Shown in pieces: positions 19,443-23,753 of a stretch of DNA of 23,753 nt. Both the position numbers and the translations under genes were made by a program. The first letter of the stretch is position 1. Every line of letters starts with the position of its first letter. The DNA is from a virus. The notes below the pieces were generated by a model, which had not been told where the DNA came from, searched no databases, and saw only the letters and a list, made by a program, of their open reading frames with translations. The stretch lies in the UHGV virus genome UHGV-0105281. One strand, written 5' to 3'.

Positions 19443-19631
19443 TTATTTCCTTAGCACATGAAACAATGTTTGCTTTAATTCCACCCATACAATTATGACC
19501 ACTATAGACAGACAAAAGAAACTGAATGCATTGGCATCACGATCGAAACCTTCTCCGGCACTAAATCCGTAAAAGGTCATAAAAAATATAAAAATTGCGC
19601 ACTTTGCAACGTTTACAAATTTTTTCTTCAC
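19443..19631 (-). CDS. Small 2-TM membrane protein (62 aa), downstream of the S24 repressor in the same operon
   Basis: GTG start preceded by a perfect AAGGAGG Shine-Dalgarno on the minus strand; two hydrophobic helices. Confidence 0.55.
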   Translation of the reverse strand: MKKKFVNVAKCAIFIFFMTFYGFSAGEGFDRDANAFSFFCLSIVVIIVWVELKQTLFHVLRK

Positions 19632-19691
19632 ACCAACCTCCTTAGTTTTGAGCAGGATACCAGATGATAATGTGTCGCTTCCTAAAGGATA

Positions 19692-20333
19692 TCAAAGCAA
19701 CGGGATTTCAAGGTAAACTGCGGTTGCCAAAATACTAACATCTTCATTTCTAACAAGAATATTAGGATACATTGGGTTTAGGGATACTAGGTTTGTCTCT
19801 ATTTCACCAATGTAAACCTGTTTGAAGCTCAATATTTGCTCTTTATCCAATGATGCTATTACATAATCTTTGCTTTTAGCTTTTACTAGAGGGCTGAACG
19901 TGACAACCGATCCTCTGGGAAAGCTAATACCTGAACTTGTAGTCATAGCTTCACCTTCAATAGTCAATGCAAATGCAGAGTCACCAACATTGTATATTGC
20001 CGGATGAAATCTAGACGATGAATGTTCACCTGTGTTTAGGTAATGCATAACTTCATCTAGTTTGAGGATTGGTATTTGCTTTACCAGAACGTCAGGCATG
20101 ACGTTTTTTGTTCCCGGACCCTGACCTTCACCTAGAGCTAACCACTCAGCTGTAGTACCTAATGCGTTGGCTAATGCCTGCAATACCCGAAGCCGTGGTT
20201 TAGCCTCACCACCCTCGTATGCAGCTATTTGACGTTGAACAACACCAGCTAATTTTGACAACTGCGCCTGCGTCATACCCCTGGACTGTCTTGCCAGAGA
20301 TACTCTTGATGGGAATTGATCGTCAAAATTCAT
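19692..20333 (-). CDS. CI/LexA-like repressor (N-terminal HTH, C-terminal S24 peptidase fold) with Ser-to-Ala at the nucleophile position
   Basis: N-terminal HTH (GMTQAQLSKLAGVVQRQIAAYEGG); C-terminal S24-like region in which FALTIEGEAM aligns with LexA FLLRVSGMSM, placing Ala where the catalytic Ser sits (codon GCT confirmed in DNA); the Lys of the dyad is retained (SFKQV). Confidence 0.8.
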   Translation of the reverse strand: MNFDDQFPSRVSLARQSRGMTQAQLSKLAGVVQRQIAAYEGGEAKPRLRVLQALANALGTTAEWLALGEGQGPGTKNVMPDVLVKQIPILKLDEVMHYLNTGEHSSSRFHPAIYNVGDSAFALTIEGEAMTTSSGISFPRGSVVTFSPLVKAKSKDYVIASLDKEQILSFKQVYIGEIETNLVSLNPMYPNILVRNEDVSILATAVYLEIPLL

Positions 20334-20354
20334 TAGTTCACCATAAAAAATTCA

Positions 20355-20383
20355 TTGACTCATGCTGAGTGTGAGTGAATAAT
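20355..20383 (+). promoter_or_regulatory. Rightward promoter (TTGACT, 17-bp spacer, AATAAT) with overlapping operator-like palindrome and TGAGT repeats
   Basis: Promoter hexamers read directly; palindrome ACTCA-TGC-TGAGT at 20358-20370 and tandem TGAGTG at 20366-20377. Confidence 0.4.
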
Positions 20384-20432
20384 CAAACTACAAAAAGTGA
20401 GATTATGAGTTTTTTAAAAACAGGAGTGCATA

Positions 20433-20606
20433 ATGACTGAAAAGATATCTTCCATCAAGCCGCGTCAGGTTCGTTTTACAGAAAAGGTTGATTCACATAT
20501 CCGCGAATCAGCAAAAAGATGCCATAGGTCAATTCAGGCAGAGATAGCTTATCGAATGGAGTTATTGATGAAACTTGAGGCAAAGGGCGATGTTGTCATC
20601 CAATAA
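20433..20606 (+). CDS. Arc/Mnt-family ribbon-helix-helix regulator (57 aa)
   Basis: Not in the ORF track (under 60 aa). AGGAG RBS 6 nt upstream; PRQVRFTEKVDSHIRESAKRCHRSIQAEIAYRMELL parallels Arc PQFNLRWPREVLDLVRKVAEENGRSVNSEIYQRVMESF. Confidence 0.6.
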   Translation: MTEKISSIKPRQVRFTEKVDSHIRESAKRCHRSIQAEIAYRMELLMKLEAKGDVVIQ

Positions 20607-20679
20607 AAATAGTGAAGCCCGGCAGTGCGCGAACACAAACCGGGCCTCTATGTCAGTAACCGTATGCAAGGAAACTAAC

Positions 20680-21306
20680 ATGAATATTGTAGCAAAATCA
20701 GATTACAACTTCCACGGAGTTGAGTTGGTGCCCACCCGTGATATGCATGGTGTTTGGTTTACATCATCTAATATTGCATCTGCACTTAAATACGCAAATA
20801 GTCGTGCAGTAACAATGATTTATAACAAGTATAGCGATGAGTTTAGCGCCGGAATGACTCAGGTACTCGAAGTGAGTACCTCAGGAAATTATCGCAAAAA
20901 AGTGCGAGTTTTCTCACTACGCGGTGCCCACCTAATCGCGATGTTTGCTCGCACTCCGGTAGCCAAAGAGTTCCGCCGCTGGGTGCTGGATATTTTGGAT
21001 CGGCAGGCAGAATGCTCACCGATTGCAAAACAGTTTACTGACGAAGAACTGGTTAATCTCTGCTACTTACAATTGTGGATGGAGAAGAGTCAACAAATGT
21101 GCAAACACATCTACCCAGGAATGAAGCAAATTGGTTCTGAGCTTTCAGGAAGGATTTACGATATTGCATATGAGACTCGCTACATGTCAGAAGAAACCAA
21201 GAAATCACTTCTTCGTGAAATGAAGAATCTTGATACCAACAATTTTGTCGTAAAGAACGCTCAGCCAATGCTGGCAAAACTTCGCGGCGAGGAATGGATT
21301 CATTGA
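20680..21306 (+). CDS. Bro-N domain antirepressor-like protein
   Basis: 208 aa from ATG 20680 (AAGGA RBS); Bro-N-like N-terminus (FHGVELVPTRDMHGVWFTSSNIASALKY...SLRGAHLIAMFARTPVAKEFRRWVLDIL). The ORF-track start at 20575 overlaps the RHH gene. Confidence 0.7.
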   Translation: MNIVAKSDYNFHGVELVPTRDMHGVWFTSSNIASALKYANSRAVTMIYNKYSDEFSAGMTQVLEVSTSGNYRKKVRVFSLRGAHLIAMFARTPVAKEFRRWVLDILDRQAECSPIAKQFTDEELVNLCYLQLWMEKSQQMCKHIYPGMKQIGSELSGRIYDIAYETRYMSEETKKSLLREMKNLDTNNFVVKNAQPMLAKLRGEEWIH

Positions 21307-21321
21307 TTGGTGCGCCGGACT

Positions 21322-21400
21322 GCGCAAAAAGAAAACCGCCAGTGTGCTGCTGGCGGCCTATGTCACACCCTTACTACCACATAAGGAATGCCTAATGACT
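21322..21400 (-). ncRNA. Predicted sar-like antisense sRNA covering the RBS and start codon of the downstream Ant-like gene
   Basis: Minus-strand promoter inside the start of the Ant-like gene (-35 GTGACA at 21430-21435, 17-bp spacer, -10 TACATT at 21407-21412) and a minus-strand intrinsic terminator (hairpin 21336-21356 followed by a T-run at 21322-21335). Confidence 0.3.
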
Positions 21401-22123
21401 TTTAAGAATGTAGCAAACATCGGATCCGTTGTCACGGATAAAACCATTGATAGCCAGTACCTGTTAGAGATGGTCAATCATGCTCGTAGACAGTGCGGGG
21501 AAAAAGAAGTCCGAAATAACGACTTTATTGCACGCATTAAGGATGAACTTGAAGGTGAGCACTACGAAATTTTCGTAGTTCAAAAATCAAACAAGACAAC
21601 TTCTGAAAAAGTTGTTATGTCAATTAAGCAAGCCCTTCGAGTGGCTGCTCGTGAATCTAAAGCTGTTCGCCGCTCACTTGTAGACCAACTTGAAAGTATG
21701 CAAGAAGCGCACATTAAAAGCGGTAAATCGTCGAGTGGACTTGTTGAGTATCGCCAGGCGCGAACATTGAAAATGACGGTTGAAGCTGTTACCAATCTGT
21801 TCGATTTGATGCCAAATCTTGCGCCGGAAGCAAAGCAGACTGCGGCAGCAAGCATAATCAACCCGATCGTTGGTTTTAATGCAATACCTCTTCCAGCAAT
21901 AGAAGAGCATTACTACTCAGCAGGGGAGGTTGCAGAGCAGCTTGGAGTAACGGCCAACAAGATTGGTCGCATTGCTAACGCAAACAACCTCAAAACTGAG
22001 CAGTACGGGAAGTTCTTCCTGGATAAATCTGCACATTCCAGCAAACAGGTGGAAGCATTCCGCTACAATGCGGAAGGTGTTAAAGCTCTACAACACCTGA
22101 TTCATGGGAGTAATGTTGCATAA
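21395..22123 (+). CDS. Ant-like antirepressor (Rha/AntA-like N-terminus with KilA-C-like C-terminus)
   Basis: 242 aa from ATG 21395 (AAGGA RBS); N-terminal region resembles the pRha pattern and the C-terminal region resembles KilA-C (YYSAGEVAEQLGVTANKIGRIANANNLKTEQYGKFF). Confidence 0.55.
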   Translation: MTFKNVANIGSVVTDKTIDSQYLLEMVNHARRQCGEKEVRNNDFIARIKDELEGEHYEIFVVQKSNKTTSEKVVMSIKQALRVAARESKAVRRSLVDQLESMQEAHIKSGKSSSGLVEYRQARTLKMTVEAVTNLFDLMPNLAPEAKQTAAASIINPIVGFNAIPLPAIEEHYYSAGEVAEQLGVTANKIGRIANANNLKTEQYGKFFLDKSAHSSKQVEAFRYNAEGVKALQHLIHGSNVA

Positions 22124-22344
22124 TGGCAAAGAAAAAATATGGCATTATGCCGCCAAGAATCAAAGGAAGAGCCAGGGTAAAAGGCGATGCTGGGAGGTAT
22201 CACATTCTTGGAGTTCTGTGGCATGAGAGAGCTTTAATTTTAAGTAGACCTCATGGGTACATTGAAAAGGTATCTATAGATAGAGTAGAGATTCTTCCCC
22301 TTACACCTGAAGAAGAAGAAACGTACGGACTTTTTGATAACTAA
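22123..22344 (+). CDS. Hypothetical small basic protein (73 aa)
   Basis: TAATG-coupled to the upstream gene and followed by a strong terminator. Confidence 0.5.
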   Translation: MAKKKYGIMPPRIKGRARVKGDAGRYHILGVLWHERALILSRPHGYIEKVSIDRVEILPLTPEEEETYGLFDN

Positions 22345-22350
22345 CCAACT

Positions 22351-22378
22351 AAACCCGCTTAATCGCGGGTTTTTTATA
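22351..22378 (+). terminator. Strong hairpin terminator between convergent operons
   Basis: aaacccgc-ttaat-gcgggttt hairpin followed by ttttt; A-run on the 5' side gives partial bidirectionality. Confidence 0.7.
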
Positions 22379-22400
22379 AGGAGTATTCATGATTTACCCA

Positions 22401-22937
22401 TCAAACAACCCACCAGTTTGCCTGATTGGATACCAGCCTTGCAGTTTTTATGGAATTAATTATGCCATGCTCAAGAGCCTTGTTAGCATCCAAAATGGTC
22501 GAGTCTGCTATCAGGGATGCCCACCTAATATGGGTTCCGATGTCGATATTGAACGTCTCAACGAAGCGATCAAGATCGTTATCGAGGCATTTCCCGTACT
22601 CTCTCAATCTGGCATGGTCGGCGGCTGGGGAGGCAAAGCACCATAATAGAGGATGTAACAGGAATCTTGATAATGGGTTTGCGAAACGTTCTGAGCCAGC
22701 CAGGAAAACGATATTAGCTATGGATTCAACATTGCTTATGTTGTGAGTTCTAACGGTAACAGGGAGTGACTTAAGAAAGTTATACGCAGTAAAGCCAGCG
22801 GCTGTTTCCCCTCCCTGACTTGATATATGGATATTTAATTCAGTTGCGCCTTGAGATAATGCGGTGAGACAGTGGTTCTGAAGTTGCCCAACAGTGGCGG
22901 TGTTAACGGGGCATAAGAAATGAATTGTGTGCAGCAT
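22401..22937 (-). CDS. ClpP-fold (peptidase S14-like) serine protease, translationally coupled to mnt
   Basis: 178 aa; aligns by eye with E. coli ClpP over the catalytic core, with Ser (VESIANIVFLAG), His (FLLHPLL) and Asp (ADSTIL) all present; its ATG overlaps the mnt stop (TAATG). Confidence 0.7.
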   Translation of the reverse strand: MLHTIHFLCPVNTATVGQLQNHCLTALSQGATELNIHISSQGGETAAGFTAYNFLKSLPVTVRTHNISNVESIANIVFLAGSERFANPLSRFLLHPLLWCFASPAADHARLREYGKCLDNDLDRFVETFNIDIGTHIRWASLIADSTILDANKALEHGIINSIKTARLVSNQANWWVV

Positions 22938-23191
22938 TATTTATCATCCTTGCCATAAATCTTTTTAAGTGTCTCAAACACAACAGTCTTGAACTGCTCT
23001 GCTTGCTGATCAGCCAAGCGTTCAGCTTCGTCTCGATAGCCTGCAATCGGTGATGGTTCAGATAACGCCTTCTGTACGATCTGAACTAGTTCAGAATTGA
23101 TAGACCGACCATTCATTTTTGCCCTTTGGTCTAACTTTGCTTTTAACTCTGCTGGAAGGCGCAACTTAAATTGTGGGTCTTCTCTGGACAT
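22937..23191 (-). CDS. mnt: Mnt repressor (ribbon-helix-helix)
   Basis: 84 aa; MSREDPQFKLRLPAELKAKLDQRAKMNGRSINSELVQIVQKALSEPSPIAGYRDEAERLADQQ closely matches my recollection of P22 Mnt. Confidence 0.85.
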   Translation of the reverse strand: MSREDPQFKLRLPAELKAKLDQRAKMNGRSINSELVQIVQKALSEPSPIAGYRDEAERLADQQAEQFKTVVFETLKKIYGKDDK

Positions 23192-23210
23192 TTTATCACC
23201 ATGTTTTTTC

Positions 23211-23262
23211 TTGACAGTCTATAACGGTGATAGTACATTCTCAATTGAACCACGGTGGTTCA
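23211..23262 (+). promoter_or_regulatory. Pant-like promoter with candidate Arc operator in the spacer and Mnt-type 17-bp palindromic operator at the transcript start
   Basis: TTGACA (23211-23216), 17-bp spacer containing CTAT-aacggtg-ATAG, -10 TACATT (23234-23239), palindrome TGAACCAC-G-GTGGTTCA at 23246-23262. Confidence 0.6.
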
Positions 23263-23278
23263 TTGATTGGGAGAGGGT

Positions 23279-23437
23279 ATGCAAGGTGCAAGAAAAATGC
23301 CGCAGTTTAATTTGCGGATGCCTAAAGAAGTATTGGATTTGGTGCGCAAGGTAGCCAAAGAGAATGAGCGATCTGTTAACTCTGAGATTTACAAGCGAGT
23401 ATTGGACAGCCTGAAGAGGGAGGGGGTAATGGTATGA
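23279..23437 (+). CDS. arc: Arc repressor (ribbon-helix-helix)
   Basis: 52 aa, not in the ORF track; MQGARKMPQFNLRMPKEVLDLVRKVAKENERSVNSEIYKRVLDSLKREG closely matches my recollection of P22 Arc; GGGAGAGGG RBS. Confidence 0.85.
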   Translation: MQGARKMPQFNLRMPKEVLDLVRKVAKENERSVNSEIYKRVLDSLKREGVMV

Positions 23438-23703
23438 GGGTGTCATTGCTTGATCGTTCTTTACAATTTTTGTCTGGCGCAATCATTGTGGTTTGCTTGC
23501 TTGTGATTTTTACAGCGCTAATCAATATGTATCAATCAGGGGAACGATTGACAAAGACGATAGAGGAAAAGAAATCAGTCTCAAATTACGAAGTATCACA
23601 TGCACATAACGATTTAGTAGAAAGCCTTGACCGTATTAACAAGAGGCTTGACGAGACAAATATGCTACTTAAGCAAATTCAAAATGAAGTGGAAAAACGT
23701 TGA
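23434..23703 (+). CDS. Membrane-anchored coiled-coil protein (89 aa) in the position ant occupies in P22
   Basis: ATGA overlap with the arc stop; N-terminal TM helix (FLSGAIIVVCLLVIFTALINMY) and a charged helical C-terminus. Confidence 0.55.
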   Translation: MRVSLLDRSLQFLSGAIIVVCLLVIFTALINMYQSGERLTKTIEEKKSVSNYEVSHAHNDLVESLDRINKRLDETNMLLKQIQNEVEKR

Positions 23704-23753
23704 AGCCCCAACTGCTGGAACAGTCAGGGCTTCGGTATCAACAAATCGTCTTA

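Noticed and set aside
20575-20679. Upstream extension of the Bro-N ORF
   Set aside because: It overlaps the RHH gene; ATG 20680 has an AAGGA RBS and starts a typical Bro-N domain.
22389-22746. Two + strand ORFs (85 and 106 aa) overlapping the ClpP-like gene
   Set aside because: The minus-strand ORF has a clear ClpP-like alignment with catalytic triad; the + strand frames show no motifs and sit downstream of a strong terminator.
23097-23482. ORFs of 85 aa (+) and 87 aa (-) spanning the mnt-arc operator region
   Set aside because: They overlap mnt, the operator/promoter region and arc, all of which have strong specific matches; incompatible with those calls.
1-23753. CRISPR array, integrase or attachment site, or insertion sequence
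   Set aside because: No regularly spaced direct repeats, no tyrosine or serine recombinase-like ORF, and no transposase-like ORF with terminal inverted repeats were seen in this window.

Overview
This window reads as the late region of a mosaic P22-like (lambdoid, short-tailed) prophage, all called from reading the six-frame translations and DNA by eye with no database search. Left to right on the + strand: the end of the nin region (NinE 3' end, NinF, a Rha/KilA-C antirepressor-like gene, DUF1364, RusA, NinH), a Q-type late antiterminator with a PR'-like promoter and terminator, two tRNA genes, a phage-21-type lysis cassette (dual-start pinholin, SAR endolysin, Rz with embedded Rz1), a small cargo block (Rha, Gp49-like, 80-aa protein), then a P22-type morphogenesis block (TerS with a candidate pac site, TerL, portal, scaffold, coat, gp4, gp10, gp26 needle, gp14, gp7, gp20, gp16). 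The most unusual part is the accessory region after gene 16 (about 19.4-23.7 kb), where P22 carries sieA-mnt-arc-ant. Here it holds two divergent regulatory modules: (A) an S24/LexA-fold repressor whose nucleophile serine is replaced by alanine, co-transcribed with a small 2-TM protein and facing an Arc-like RHH gene, a Bro-N gene, a predicted sar-like antisense RNA and a KilA-C Ant-like gene; (B) an mnt-arc pair with P22-style operators, in which mnt is translationally coupled to a ClpP-fold serine protease with an intact Ser-His-Asp triad and arc is followed by a membrane-anchored coiled-coil protein instead of ant. Gene starts are approximate where alternative in-frame starts exist.
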